Source of the DNA: Schmidtea polychroa
Taxonomy: Eukaryota
DNA: 64,000 bases
Assembly: GCA_044892525.1 (NCBI GenBank)
Contig: CM097885.1
Coordinates: forward strand, 45,882,001 to 45,946,000
Reading direction: 5' to 3'
The position numbers and the translations under genes were made by a program. The notes beneath the pieces were generated by a model. It did not search any database. It saw nothing but the letters and a program-made list of their open reading frames with translations, and was not told where the DNA came from. Numbering within the stretch: the stretch's first letter is position 1; the number at the start of each line of letters is the position of its first letter. Of the stretch, positions 12,901-23,191 are shown piece after piece.

Positions 12901-14288
12901 TTCCTTTAGCTCCCATAAGAAGAAAGATTGATATCAACGAACTTTCTGAATGGCAAATCTCACAAGATAAACCTCCAACAATGAAACTTCTTTGTGATCA
13001 AACAGATCGAAGGTTTTATCTTTGTCACTATAGACTCCTCCAATTTTATCTTTCACGAGGAATGATATTAAAAAAAGTTCATAGTGTCATAAGATTTAAA
13101 CAAGCTCCATTCATGAAAGCTTTTATCGAGGAGAACATTAGGTGCCGAAACATTGCAAAAAGAAAAGGTAATCTTTTTAAAGATAATAATTATAAAATTT
13201 TAAACAATTCAGTCTTTGGGAAAACAATGGAGAATGTTGATAAATATACTCATATTGAACTTTTAACTAATACTACCAAAGATATTAAGCGTTATAATCG
13301 CATGCTAGGAAAGCCTACATTTAAAAACGCACAAGTATTTTCTGAAAATCTTACTGCAGTAGAATTAAAAAATTATGAGAAAACATATAACAAACCAATA
13401 TTTATAGGGTTTACAATTTTAGAACTTTCAAAATTACAAATGTATGAAATATATTATAACATCTTACAACCTATATACGGAGCAAATATATCAATGCATG
13501 CAATGGATACAGATTCAATGTTTTTAACAATAAGAACTCATGATTTACAAAAAGATATGAAAGAAAATCCTATACTTTCAAATTTAATAAATTCATCTGG
13601 AGAACTATTTTCGTTTAAAGATGAAAAACCTTTTACTCCTATAGAAAATGGAATATTTATTCGTGCTAAACAATATTCATACGAAACATTTAGAAACCCT
13701 GAATTTATAACTAGATCATTTATATTTAAAACTCCAGAAACAGAAGAAACCATTACACATAGATATCCTATATTTCCTAAAGAAGAAAAACCTGTAAAGG
13801 ATAACAGATGTAAAGGAATACAGAGAGTGGTTGCAAAGAATCTTTCTCATCAAGATTATATAGATACATTGAATCCAAATCATAAAGATAAAATTGATGA
13901 AATACATCAACTTAAAAGTGAAAACCATGATATTCACTTGATAGAATCTCAAAAAGTATCATTATCAAATTATGATGATAAGAGATTCATACTAAGTGAT
14001 TTAAAGACAACTCTACCTATTGGAAATAATTTAATCCCTATAATAAAAAATCTAGAAAAGTTGAATAAGTTATATGATACAAAAATTACTGATCTTGATA
14101 TTTATAATGTTGAAATCATTTATCCCGAGAGAGAAATCGAGAAACCTTTATATTCTCAAGTTTTTAATCCTATATGTTTAGAACTTAAATATTTTAATAC
14201 TGATCCTGAATATATAAAAGGTCTGAGTGATAAAGAATTTAAAGATCATAAATTAATGATTCATAGGTTGGCTTTCAACGATATTTAA
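9978..14288 (+). CDS. polB: Protein-primed family B DNA polymerase (pPolB) with N-terminal zinc fingers; two compensating frameshifts near 12140 and 12245
   Basis: NNDNKCFIWS, YGDFES (ExoI), DHDH..YRGAAH..CN, FHNLFGYD (ExoII), KGIYPYDY (in +1 frame at 12151), YIDATALY, K..NNSVFGKT, MDTDS, YDDKR. Confidence 0.95.
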
Positions 14289-14366
14289 TTTTTTAATAAT
14301 AAAATGTCGACAATTAATTTAAGCAACTATAGCAACCTGATCTACTTTTTTAAAAATACACCCATT

Positions 14367-14963
14367 TTATAAGTAAGAATTCTTTAACCATTTTTCTCGA
14401 GATGTTTTTTTATTACTTATAACATTAGCCACCATGCCCTCCCTTTTTAATCTTATAACCTCATTCTTTATATCTTGTATTATTTGATTTGATTTCATTA
14501 TTTCTTCGTCTGTCAGGATTCCATCTTCCAAAGCTTTTAATTGAAATAAAAATAATTTAGAGATTCCTAATTCTATTGATAAACAAACTTCTCTATATAA
14601 ACTTTTCTTTTTAGAAGTATAAGATAATGAAACTATTTCAGTTAAGAAACCATCAGCCACAGAAATACTTCCAAGTATTACAGGTGCAAGAGTAACAACT
14701 GGTAAAGTTATGGGTAAAATAACTGTTAATATTGCAGATGCAAATCCTAAAGAATAACCTATAACTTTTAAAACTGTATTCCCTTTATTCCATCTATTTT
14801 TAATTTTTTTATAATGCTTTAATAAATCTTGTAAATGTAAGGTTTCTGATTTAAATTCTTTTACTCTCATAATTTCAAGTTCTGTGGGAGCCGAGGCCTT
14901 GGAAGAATAATATCCTGATGATCTCAATTCTGGGTAAATTTTTTCTTCTCTTACTTCTTCCAT
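14367..14963 (-). CDS. Polinton putative membrane protein
   Basis: Central hydrophobic stretch (VIGYSLGFASAILTVILPITLPVVTLAPVILGSISVA); AAAATG start; N-terminal IYPEL and ASAP motifs. Confidence 0.7.
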   Translation of the reverse strand: MEEVREEKIYPELRSSGYYSSKASAPTELEIMRVKEFKSETLHLQDLLKHYKKIKNRWNKGNTVLKVIGYSLGFASAILTVILPITLPVVTLAPVILGSISVADGFLTEIVSLSYTSKKKSLYREVCLSIELGISKLFLFQLKALEDGILTDEEIMKSNQIIQDIKNEVIRLKREGMVANVISNKKTSREKWLKNSYL

Positions 14964-14971
14964 TTTAATAA

Positions 14972-15982
14972 TTAAAAAAATAAGACTTTATTCTTCTGAG
15001 CACCATCTGGTACCAATAATCGGATATCAAAAGAAACTCTTGTTGAGAGGATGTCTTTATACAATTCTCTCAATGCTTTACGAACTTCATCAACATCAAC
15101 CTTTTTTTCATAAAATATTAAATCTATATATTGTACAAGTGAACTAGAAAAATGAATATTCTTACTTTTAACTTTATGTAGTCCATGTGAATGAGTATTA
15201 ACATACCAATCTCCGTGTGGTAAATCATAACTAGTCATTATAACATCACCCTTTTCAAGCTTACTATTATAATCACATTTCACAAACCATTTCATTCTTT
15301 CATTATCATCATCAAACAAAAAGAAATAAGGATCAATAATTTTTACAACCATAAAAACACCCCATTCTTTACTGTTTGTTGTTATTAAACTTGGTTCTAT
15401 AAAATGTTTATATGTATGGGGTAATAATGTTTTATTCTGTTCTAATTCAGCAGCTCTTTTTCTAATACTATGTGTGGTGTTAATGTGTGTTCCATGAGAC
15501 TCTAAATTTGAAATTCTTTTATTAAATGATGTAATCATCTCATTTATTATATTATATATTGCATTAAATTTAGTATTCATAATTTGTTTATCTTTAGAAT
15601 TTAATATAGCAGTATTTAACTTTACAACTTGTTCAGTTAACAGACTTTGTAACTTGTCAAATTTATCATTAAATCGTTGTTCGATATTATTAAGCTTTGA
15701 TTCCATTGAATCAATTTTTGTTGTTAATGAACTTTCAATTCTTGTTGTTGTTAAATCAGTATATTTTTTAACACCATCTACATATTTCTTATTAACTGCA
15801 TCAGCTTCATCAGTTGGAAAAGATAATTCTTTTATCTTGTGTCCATTTAAAATTAAATCACCCTTCATTGAATCACCTCTTTCATTAATATATTTATTTT
15901 CTGTTAAAGTTAATATTTCTTCTGTATTAAACTCTGTTTTTATTGTTCCACCACCTCTATTACATGGAATATAAGAACTCAT
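14972..15982 (-). CDS. Polinton fiber-like / coiled-coil protein
   Basis: GDSMKGDLILNGHKIKELSFPTDEADAVNKKYVD resembles phage tail-fiber repeat motifs, followed by a heptad-rich region; adjacent to the minor capsid gene. Confidence 0.6.
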   Translation of the reverse strand: MSSYIPCNRGGGTIKTEFNTEEILTLTENKYINERGDSMKGDLILNGHKIKELSFPTDEADAVNKKYVDGVKKYTDLTTTRIESSLTTKIDSMESKLNNIEQRFNDKFDKLQSLLTEQVVKLNTAILNSKDKQIMNTKFNAIYNIINEMITSFNKRISNLESHGTHINTTHSIRKRAAELEQNKTLLPHTYKHFIEPSLITTNSKEWGVFMVVKIIDPYFFLFDDDNERMKWFVKCDYNSKLEKGDVIMTSYDLPHGDWYVNTHSHGLHKVKSKNIHFSSSLVQYIDLIFYEKKVDVDEVRKALRELYKDILSTRVSFDIRLLVPDGAQKNKVLFF

Positions 15983-16006
15983 TTATTAATAATTTAAAAT
16001 GAATCT

Positions 16007-16771
16007 TCAAACCTGTTTCAAATGTAAATACATTGAAATCTCTTCTCCATTAAAATCAATCAATTCTCCTTCTTGATTAAGAATTTTAAAATTAATATCC
16101 ATTATATATTTTCTACATAAAGGTAAATAATTTGGAGGATTCATTCTTTCAACTATTTTATATCCCATAGGAACTGTGTTTGAGGGAAAGGAATATAAAA
16201 CATTTGTTTGTTTACCATTATTATAAGAACCTGTTATACAATCGCAATGAATATTTATTGTGTTTGTATTTATTATTTTTATAATATGTTCTGATGTTAT
16301 TATTTTATCTTCTTTTATTGTTATATCCATAGGTTTAAATCCTAAAACTGTGTGAAAGAAACAATTATCTAAAAAACTAATTTTTATATTCTTCAAAGTC
16401 ATTACACATTTTGAAGTTGGTATATCCATTTTAATTTTAATACCTTCATTTGTTTTTTTAGAAAGTATATCATTTAAATCTTTTATCTCATATGCCCCAG
16501 GTTCTATTGTTATAATTTCTGGTTTATGCCCATCACGAGTTTGAATAGTAAATTTATTATTATCTTTAGTTATATTAAAAATAGTATTATAAGCACAAAA
16601 CCATAATAGCCCCAATTCATAATTTAAATTTTGATCTAATTTAATTGAATCTTGAAAGTTTATAGTAAACTCTGATTCTTTTGAATTTATAGATAAAGTT
16701 CTTGAATATTTATCTGACATTATGTTTACCATTTTATTTAAATTATCTTCCGGAGGGTTGTGAAGCTCCAT
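16007..16771 (-). CDS. Minor capsid protein (penton, single jelly-roll)
   Basis: I.PGAYEI..LN, INIHCDCITGSY.NG, P.GYKIVE..P.YLP, NQEGELIDFNGE are typical of Polinton mCP. Confidence 0.85.
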   Translation of the reverse strand: MELHNPPEDNLNKMVNIMSDKYSRTLSINSKESEFTINFQDSIKLDQNLNYELGLLWFCAYNTIFNITKDNNKFTIQTRDGHKPEIITIEPGAYEIKDLNDILSKKTNEGIKIKMDIPTSKCVMTLKNIKISFLDNCFFHTVLGFKPMDITIKEDKIITSEHIIKIINTNTINIHCDCITGSYNNGKQTNVLYSFPSNTVPMGYKIVERMNPPNYLPLCRKYIMDINFKILNQEGELIDFNGEEISMYLHLKQV

Positions 16772-16819
16772 TTCTTTAGTAGTAAATTCATATAGTAAAA
16801 ATCCTTATAGTAAAAATCC

Positions 16820-17284
16820 TTATAGTAGAGATTCTAGATCATTATAAATTTCTTGAATTATAGATTCAAAATCCTGCGTATGCCCCTTTCCCTCTCCCTT
16901 ATTCAATCTATACAAAACATATAAACTTAAAATACCACATATTTTAGTATTCAAAGGTTGAACTTGTAAAGAGTTAAAAGTATAACCATTTGGGGAATCA
17001 ATCGGAGAACCCCTCAAGAGATAATCTTCAACTTCTTTAGTAGGTTTAATCCCAAAAGAATCAAAGTAGATAGATTTCTTATATATACAAACCCAATGAG
17101 ATCCTTTTTCATTTGAATTTTGATAATTGATTATTATATTCAGGGGACTCTCCAGACTTGATAATTCATCATTCATTAATATTTTAATTTTTAAATTTAA
17201 ATAATTTGCATAATCTTTTAAATCAAAATTTGTTTTTGCATTTATTCCAAATGTTTTTAAAAAATCTAATATTGAAGGAGTCAT
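16820..17284 (-). CDS. Adenain-like cysteine (maturation) protease
   Basis: GSHWVC, YFDSFG, Q....ICG (His-Asp-Cys triad with Gln). Confidence 0.93.
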   Translation of the reverse strand: MTPSILDFLKTFGINAKTNFDLKDYANYLNLKIKILMNDELSSLESPLNIIINYQNSNEKGSHWVCIYKKSIYFDSFGIKPTKEVEDYLLRGSPIDSPNGYTFNSLQVQPLNTKICGILSLYVLYRLNKGEGKGHTQDFESIIQEIYNDLESLL

Positions 17285-17306
17285 TTTGTATTTTAAAACT
17301 TCGTAT

Positions 17307-18176
17307 TTATAACTTCGTATACTTATTAAATTTATCTTTTGAAATTATTCCTTGTTTTAACAAATCTTTAGAAATCTTTAAAATATTATTATATCCTGCT
17401 TTCCTTGCAGCTAATAGTTTTCTTAATTCAATAAAAAGATTGATGGGATTTGGTTTACCACCTTCACTAATTAATCCCTCTCCCTCTGTAACAACATAAC
17501 CCTTTTCATTTTTATTTAAATAATTCTTTAAATCTTGAATATATTTTGCTTTAGAACTAGCTCTTATTAATCTTATTAAATTTAAATATTTTTTAATTTC
17601 TTCAACATCATCTGAAGAATATCCACAAAGTAATCTATAAAAATCATCTGTAAATTCAAAGTCTAAATATTCATTATTATAAACATTTTGTGAATGAATA
17701 CGTGATTTATTTTCTGAATTTGAATATAAAGTAAAGTTTTGTTTATTAATTGTTATTATTTGATATCCTTCAGTATTAGTATTAAATGTGGGTCTAATTG
17801 AAGGAGGTAAATCATCTCTAATTTTAGGATCAACTTTAAGAGGTTTTGTTTTTAAAAACATTTCTTCTTCTTCCACATTAGAAATTCTTCTGCGTTTTCT
17901 TTGATTTCTTTCAGGATGGTTTTCACTGGATTCTTTTTCTTTATCCTGCCACTCTAGTTCTTTTATTTTTTGTTTTTTATCTTCTAACTCTTTAAATTTT
18001 GCTTGCTCATTGAAATCTTCCAACTCTTTTATAGCTTTAATTGTTGGCCCCTGTTGTTGTGTTATTACCTCATTTAATATTATAGATTCAGCATGTTGAG
18101 TTGTATCTTTTTTATTATATTTATCTTGTTCTGATTGTAATTTTTTTAAAAGTGCTAATCTTTCTTCATATACCAT
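17307..18176 (-). CDS. Polinton protein of unknown function
   Basis: Intact 289-aa ORF with AAAATG start, in the structural cluster; basic RNQRKRRR stretch; C-terminal AARKAGYNN...LLKQGIIS. Confidence 0.7.
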   Translation of the reverse strand: MVYEERLALLKKLQSEQDKYNKKDTTQHAESIILNEVITQQQGPTIKAIKELEDFNEQAKFKELEDKKQKIKELEWQDKEKESSENHPERNQRKRRRISNVEEEEMFLKTKPLKVDPKIRDDLPPSIRPTFNTNTEGYQIITINKQNFTLYSNSENKSRIHSQNVYNNEYLDFEFTDDFYRLLCGYSSDDVEEIKKYLNLIRLIRASSKAKYIQDLKNYLNKNEKGYVVTEGEGLISEGGKPNPINLFIELRKLLAARKAGYNNILKISKDLLKQGIISKDKFNKYTKL

Positions 18177-18198
18177 TTTAATGGTATCAAAAATGGTA

Positions 18199-18777
18199 TC
18201 ATAGTTCGAAGGGCTTCAAGTATAATCCTTTACCATTTTTAGTTTTACAAAGGCATCCATTCTTTAAAGATTTACATATTTTTTTTAAATCTTCTTTATC
18301 TTTTGAAGATAAAGATTCAGATGTTGAAATTTGATTTTTTAAAAAATCATTTAAACCTCTACCTTTATAAGGATCAAGATAGAGACCTTTGCCCTGAGAC
18401 TTTTGCCGACTCCCCTCATATGAATTAAGACAGAGACCCTTTCCAACGGACACTCCCCCTTTAGCTTGCCTTACCTTCTTCATTGAATCGATTTCAGTTT
18501 GTAGTTTTTCTTTTTCTAGGTCTGTCTTTTGAGATTCTTTAGCTTTTTGAACTGTAGTTGCAATTCCTCCAGCTATTCCAGCAGCACCTGATAAACCAGC
18601 AATGATTGCAGGTATTAAAGCAGCTAATGGAAGAATGCCACCTTCTTTAGCTTCGTGGAGCTTCGCTCTAACTTGTTCTTTTACATGTTTTCCAATAAAA
18701 TATTTTTTACCATCAATTACTACTGATTTATTTTTATTTGAATTTATTAATTCTTGCAAAGATTCTTCAGTTGTCAT
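18199..18777 (-). CDS. Putative core protein resembling the adenovirus pX precursor
   Basis: GGILPLAALIPAIIAG hydrophobic segment after a GG site, and three GKGL(Y/C)L repeats. Confidence 0.65.
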   Translation of the reverse strand: MTTEESLQELINSNKNKSVVIDGKKYFIGKHVKEQVRAKLHEAKEGGILPLAALIPAIIAGLSGAAGIAGGIATTVQKAKESQKTDLEKEKLQTEIDSMKKVRQAKGGVSVGKGLCLNSYEGSRQKSQGKGLYLDPYKGRGLNDFLKNQISTSESLSSKDKEDLKKICKSLKNGCLCKTKNGKGLYLKPFEL

Positions 18778-18792
18778 TTTATAATAAACAAA

Positions 18793-19599
18793 ATGGATGT
18801 ACGAAGTCCAATAATTTGGAAACCAATTTTAAATAGACATAAGAGTAAATTTAATAATAAAGTATTTCCTGATAATTTTAGATTATTAATTGTTGGTTCT
18901 TCTGGATGTGGAAAGAATGTACTTGTTTTGAGAATGTTACTTGAAGATGATTTTTTAGATTATAATAATTTAATCTTTTATTCTACAACCATAAATCAAC
19001 CAGAATTACAACTTTTGAAATGTGGATTTGAAAATAAATTAACTAAAAAAGCAATAATTGATATTTTTAAAAATCAACATAGGTGTCCTGAAGAAGTTTT
19101 TCAACCTTGTGATATGGTTGATTGGTATAAGGAAAAGATTTTAGAATCAGATATTAGTAATAAAAATGATTATATTTGTGAAGAAGGGCAGGAGGCAATT
19201 CAAGTTTTATTCTCTAATAAACCTGAAGATGTTTTACATTGTGATTTACTTCCTAAAGATAAAAAGAATCTAGTTATATTTGATGATGTTGTTAATATGA
19301 AAAATCAAGAGATTCAAAAGAGTTACTTTACACGAGGTCGACATAATAATTGTAATGTTATTTATATATCTCAAACATATTATGCTTTAGATAAAAATTC
19401 AATAAGAAATAATTCCAATTGTTTTATATTTTTTAAATTAGATCGCCGTGATAAGAATATGATTTATAATGATTTATTTTCAAATGTTGAACCTGATAAG
19501 AATATGTTTGATATGTTTGTTGATAATCATTGGAAAGAAAAATATAATTATATTTATTTGGATAGAGAAGAAGCTGAAATATGGAAAAGTTTGTTTTAG
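18793..19599 (+). CDS. A32/FtsK-like genome packaging ATPase
   Basis: Walker A GSSGCGKN, Walker B LVIFDD, TRGRHNN, ISQ.Y, IRNN. The likely start is ATG 18793 (caaaATG). Confidence 0.93.
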   Translation: MDVRSPIIWKPILNRHKSKFNNKVFPDNFRLLIVGSSGCGKNVLVLRMLLEDDFLDYNNLIFYSTTINQPELQLLKCGFENKLTKKAIIDIFKNQHRCPEEVFQPCDMVDWYKEKILESDISNKNDYICEEGQEAIQVLFSNKPEDVLHCDLLPKDKKNLVIFDDVVNMKNQEIQKSYFTRGRHNNCNVIYISQTYYALDKNSIRNNSNCFIFFKLDRRDKNMIYNDLFSNVEPDKNMFDMFVDNHWKEKYNYIYLDREEAEIWKSLF

Positions 19600-19610
19600 G
19601 GCTTGTCGAC

Positions 19611-21009
19611 TTAAAAATCTGTTTTCTGTAGTTCATTATTATAAAATCTACCTAATATTTTTTCATTATTTAAATCAAAGATGGTATATGTTATTGGAGT
19701 TGTATAATGTATTTTATTTATAATAAAAATTTCATTTGTCCATTTTGCTGTGAATCCTTTTTCAAATTTATTTTTATATTTAAATATTCTTACTCGGTCA
19801 CCAATTTTAAACTTTGGTTTTTCAATAACATCATTTTCAATATTTACCACTTTAATGGTTTCAGGCTTCATGGAAGCATTTAAAGGTGTTAATTTTATAG
19901 AACTATGTACATCATTATTATATTCATTTACAATCTTTTGTAACAATTCATTGTTCCATTTTTGTTTTCCAATAGCAGTAAAATATTTCCACATTTTATT
20001 TTTTAATGTTCTATTTAATCTTTCAACTACGACTGCTTTTCCTTCGTTTTCTGTTGAATATAATTTAATATCATTTTCATTTAAAAACTTTGTAAAAACT
20101 TTGTTATAAAATTCTGTTCCTTTATCACACCATAAATATTTTGGGATTCTTTGATTTTCTTCAAATATATTTTCAAATGTTTCTGTAATAGAATATCCTG
20201 TTTTATTTTCTAAACATCTTGCAAAAGCAAATCTTGTATATAAATCTATTACAGTTAAAATTATTTTATATTTTTCAGGGTCTGATGATTTGGGCATAAA
20301 GACTATGCAGACCATGTTTGATCTTTTTCATGTACTTGAACTTTTAAATATTTTTTATTTTTTCTAAATTCATGGTGTAATTCCTTTGCATATTTTATTT
20401 CTGATTCTGTTGGGGTTTGTAAACTAGTCTTGGCTGTACTCTCGAGGGATCTTTCAATCTCTGCTTGTTCGATAATCTTTTTATAAGCAACATCTTTTGC
20501 TTTCCTAGGAAGTCTTGCACCCATGGTGATCGGACTGTGTCCTAAGCCTATGAAAATCTTACCTTTCATTGCTAATTTAACTAGAGCTCTTTGAATCTTT
20601 TCTTGGGTTGATGGATTTTGGATACTATTTAAATCATGTATTAAATTCACATCTGCAACATGTCTATCTCTAAGATTTGTTGAATTGTATGCAATGTCAT
20701 GTTTTAAAGCTGCTTGATCAATTCTATTTATTGGTTCTTCTCCTTGTTTGGGATTATTATTTTCATCTAATCTAATATCTAGACGAGTTCCTGGTCCAGT
20801 ATAGTTGTGTTTAAATAAATGTCTTTCACCTGGATATTTTTCTGTAGTAAAAGGTTTTAATATTGAAGATGTTGTTTTTGAAGATTGCAAATCGCCTCCA
20901 GCTCGTGGAATTAGATCACCTCCTGTATGTTTTTTAGTTTTTAAATGACTTGCTTATGATGTCTTGTAACTTGACAATTACAACTTTCACATCTCCAATA
21001 GAGAGACAT
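19611..21009 (-). pseudogene. ZnF - phospholipase A2-like - retroviral-type integrase fusion, two frameshifts
   Basis: ATG at 21009: C..C...H.....H finger (1-nt loss near 20954). PLA2 motifs NYTGPGT and IDQAALKHDIAY. Integrase WSA[DL]VFM (4-nt loss at ~20305), IDLYTRFA, WCDKGTEF, VVERLNRTLK, KFKIGDRVRI. Confidence 0.88.
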
Positions 21010-21038
21010 TTTAAAATGTTAAAATATCAGGGATTATA

Positions 21039-22331
21039 TCAAGAATCTCCCCTAACATTTTCGATTATTGAAATCTTTCCACCATATAATTTCATTTCTA
21101 TTTTCTTTTCTTCTAATATTAATGTATATACTTTAGCTTTAAAATTAGAATCCTTTGTTACATGAAGTGTAACATCAACATTATTTATGGCTAGGCGATC
21201 ATCTTGGTCTGAAACATTTATACAAAATATAGAATATAAATTTTTGAAATCTTCTAAACTTAATTGCGGTTCAACTTTGAAATCATAACATGTTTCAATA
21301 TAATTTAGATATGGGAATATGTTTTCATTATTTTCAATATTAAATTCCATTCTATTTATTGGATAATAAGAACTATTTAATTGAATTTGGATTGTTTTTA
21401 AATTATCAACTCCAATCTTTTGAATAAACAAGTTGTTATTTTTTTGGAAAGATGAATCTACTTCTTTGAATCCAATCAAGATATATCTTGGTCGGTATGC
21501 TAAATTTGCTACCTTTATAGAATATGTTGAACCCTCTGTCATACTAAATTCACTACAGATTCTATTTAAATAATTTACATTTATAGACTTGTTGGAATTT
21601 AATCTTTCAAGGAGTTTAATCTCAGAATGTGGGTTTAATGTCCATTCAGGTATATGTAATTCAAGTGTTGATAATTTTAATTTAGCTTTTGTATCTACAG
21701 CTCCATAGAACAATCTTTTATCACCTTCTACTCTATTACAGATGAATTCTATAAAAACATTATGAAGTATACGATTATAGTTTTGAAGGAATCCAAACAA
21801 GTGTTTTAATTCAAAATAACCTTCAAATTTTTTAGATTTATAAAGTTCAGCTCTTTTATGGTAACCATGGTTTACATCTAAACCATCTTTATCTAAATCC
21901 CCTTTATTAACATCAGGAATCCAACCTGTTAATTCACCATATTCGTTTTTATAATCACAACCAGTCAAAATAAAATTTAACATTGTAGAATATACTCCCG
22001 GATGCAAAACAGTTTCAATTTCTGATGATCCTAGTTTCAATCTCATGTTGGAGAATAAATTTGGAAAGAAATTATTTTCTAGGGTTATATCTTTGTTTGC
22101 TTCAATTTCTAATTCTACTTTGTAATATAATTTGGCATTACAAATATCTATAGGGTTTGATGTTTGAAGAGATTGAAAAACTATATCACCCCTACGATTT
22201 AAGTTTGCAATAGATCCTGAAGTTGGGGAGATTTTAAGTACATCATTTTTCTTGATTTCATGAGTAAATTCTTTATTATAATCAAGATTTAATTTATTTT
22301 TTTCTTGAATTTTAAGATTTATATTATTCAT
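21039..22331 (-). CDS. Major capsid protein (double jelly-roll)
   Basis: 430 aa; NNFFPNLFS..L.....IE, LKHLFGF, L.LHIP, RPRYILIGF, LNSSYYP, IFCINVS match the Polinton MCP pattern. Confidence 0.88.
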   Translation of the reverse strand: MNNINLKIQEKNKLNLDYNKEFTHEIKKNDVLKISPTSGSIANLNRRGDIVFQSLQTSNPIDICNAKLYYKVELEIEANKDITLENNFFPNLFSNMRLKLGSSEIETVLHPGVYSTMLNFILTGCDYKNEYGELTGWIPDVNKGDLDKDGLDVNHGYHKRAELYKSKKFEGYFELKHLFGFLQNYNRILHNVFIEFICNRVEGDKRLFYGAVDTKAKLKLSTLELHIPEWTLNPHSEIKLLERLNSNKSINVNYLNRICSEFSMTEGSTYSIKVANLAYRPRYILIGFKEVDSSFQKNNNLFIQKIGVDNLKTIQIQLNSSYYPINRMEFNIENNENIFPYLNYIETCYDFKVEPQLSLEDFKNLYSIFCINVSDQDDRLAINNVDVTLHVTKDSNFKAKVYTLILEEKKIEMKLYGGKISIIENVRGDS

Positions 22332-22386
22332 TTTTATATATTAAAATTTACACACACACAATAGGATTAATTAAATATATTTTTTA

Positions 22387-22459
22387 GCCATTATAGCGGA
22401 GTGGGAATAGGCTTCAATTTTATCACCGGGAGTACCGGATTCAATTTTCGATTTTGGTC
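22387..22459 (+). ncRNA. tRNA-like Pol III gene, unit 1 (degenerate)
   Basis: A box TAGCGGAGTGG at +8; T-arm-like cgga-TTCAATT-ttcg; partial terminal stem gcca/tggt; T7 immediately downstream. Confidence 0.55.
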
Positions 22460-22629
22460 AATTTTTTTCGATATTTTTTTTCAACGGAATCTGATTCAGC
22501 GTACTGATTTTAGTATATATTTAAATTTTCAGATGGATCTGAGTGGTAGTTGTCGAGAAAATGAATAATTAATTATTAATTTCATCAATAAATAGTCACA
22601 CATTAACAACTTATTTTATATTGAGTATA

Positions 22630-22702
22630 GCTCTAATAGCTTAGTGGTAATAGCACTCGACTGCATTGCCAATACCAATGGGTTCAAATCCCATTTCGGT
22701 CA
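22630..22702 (+). ncRNA. tRNA-like Pol III gene, unit 2 (5' half resembles tRNA-Cys GCA)
   Basis: A box TAGCTTAGTGG at +8; D stem gct/agc; GACTGCA at the anticodon position; perfect T arm ATGGG-TTCAAAT-CCCAT; T8 terminator. The anticodon stem does not pair. Confidence 0.75.
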
Positions 22703-22872
22703 TTTTTTTTCAAATTTTTTTTTAACGAAATATTGATCAGCATACTCGATTTAGTACTTGTACAAATTTTTAATGAGATTGGTCAACGGCAACTCTTGGA
22801 AATTTAAGATCAAAAACGTTTTAACTTAAGCTACCAAAAATTAATATATCCAATAAAAAAATATTTATAAAA

Positions 22873-23127
22873 ATGGATGAGTTAAAAGAAAGAATGAGAA
22901 ATGAATTGAATGAAGTTAAACATAAGAGAATGAAAAGAAGAGAAGAAGAACCATTAGAATACATCAAAGAGTTGATGGTAGATAATGAAAAGTATCGACA
23001 TTTTTATATGAAGGCTGTAGATGTTGCTGATATAAGATTGAAGAAAATGAAACAATTACAGGAAAGAGTTAAAGAACTTGAATCGATTATTTATAGTCTA
23101 AAAAATGACAAAAAATCCAAACCTTGA
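22873..23127 (+). CDS. Small coiled-coil protein
   Basis: 84 aa, AAAATG start, E/K/R-rich heptads; the 3' end runs into the TIR. Confidence 0.55.
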   Translation: MDELKERMRNELNEVKHKRMKRREEEPLEYIKELMVDNEKYRHFYMKAVDVADIRLKKMKQLQERVKELESIIYSLKNDKKSKP

Positions 23128-23191
23128 TGGCGCAGTGGGCTAGACTGACACAGTGGTTCAAAATGCTAGCGGTTCAAATCACATCTGAGGT
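23121..23191 (+). ncRNA. tRNA-like Pol III gene, unit 3
   Basis: A box TGGCGCAGTGG at +8; B box GGTTCAAATC at 23171; terminal stem ACCTTG/TGAGGT; T8 terminator. Confidence 0.72.

Noticed and set aside
10487..20109. Antisense ORFs overlapping Polinton genes (e.g. 11894-12205, 15654-15974, 19750-20109)
   Set aside because: Shadow frames of real genes, with no motifs.
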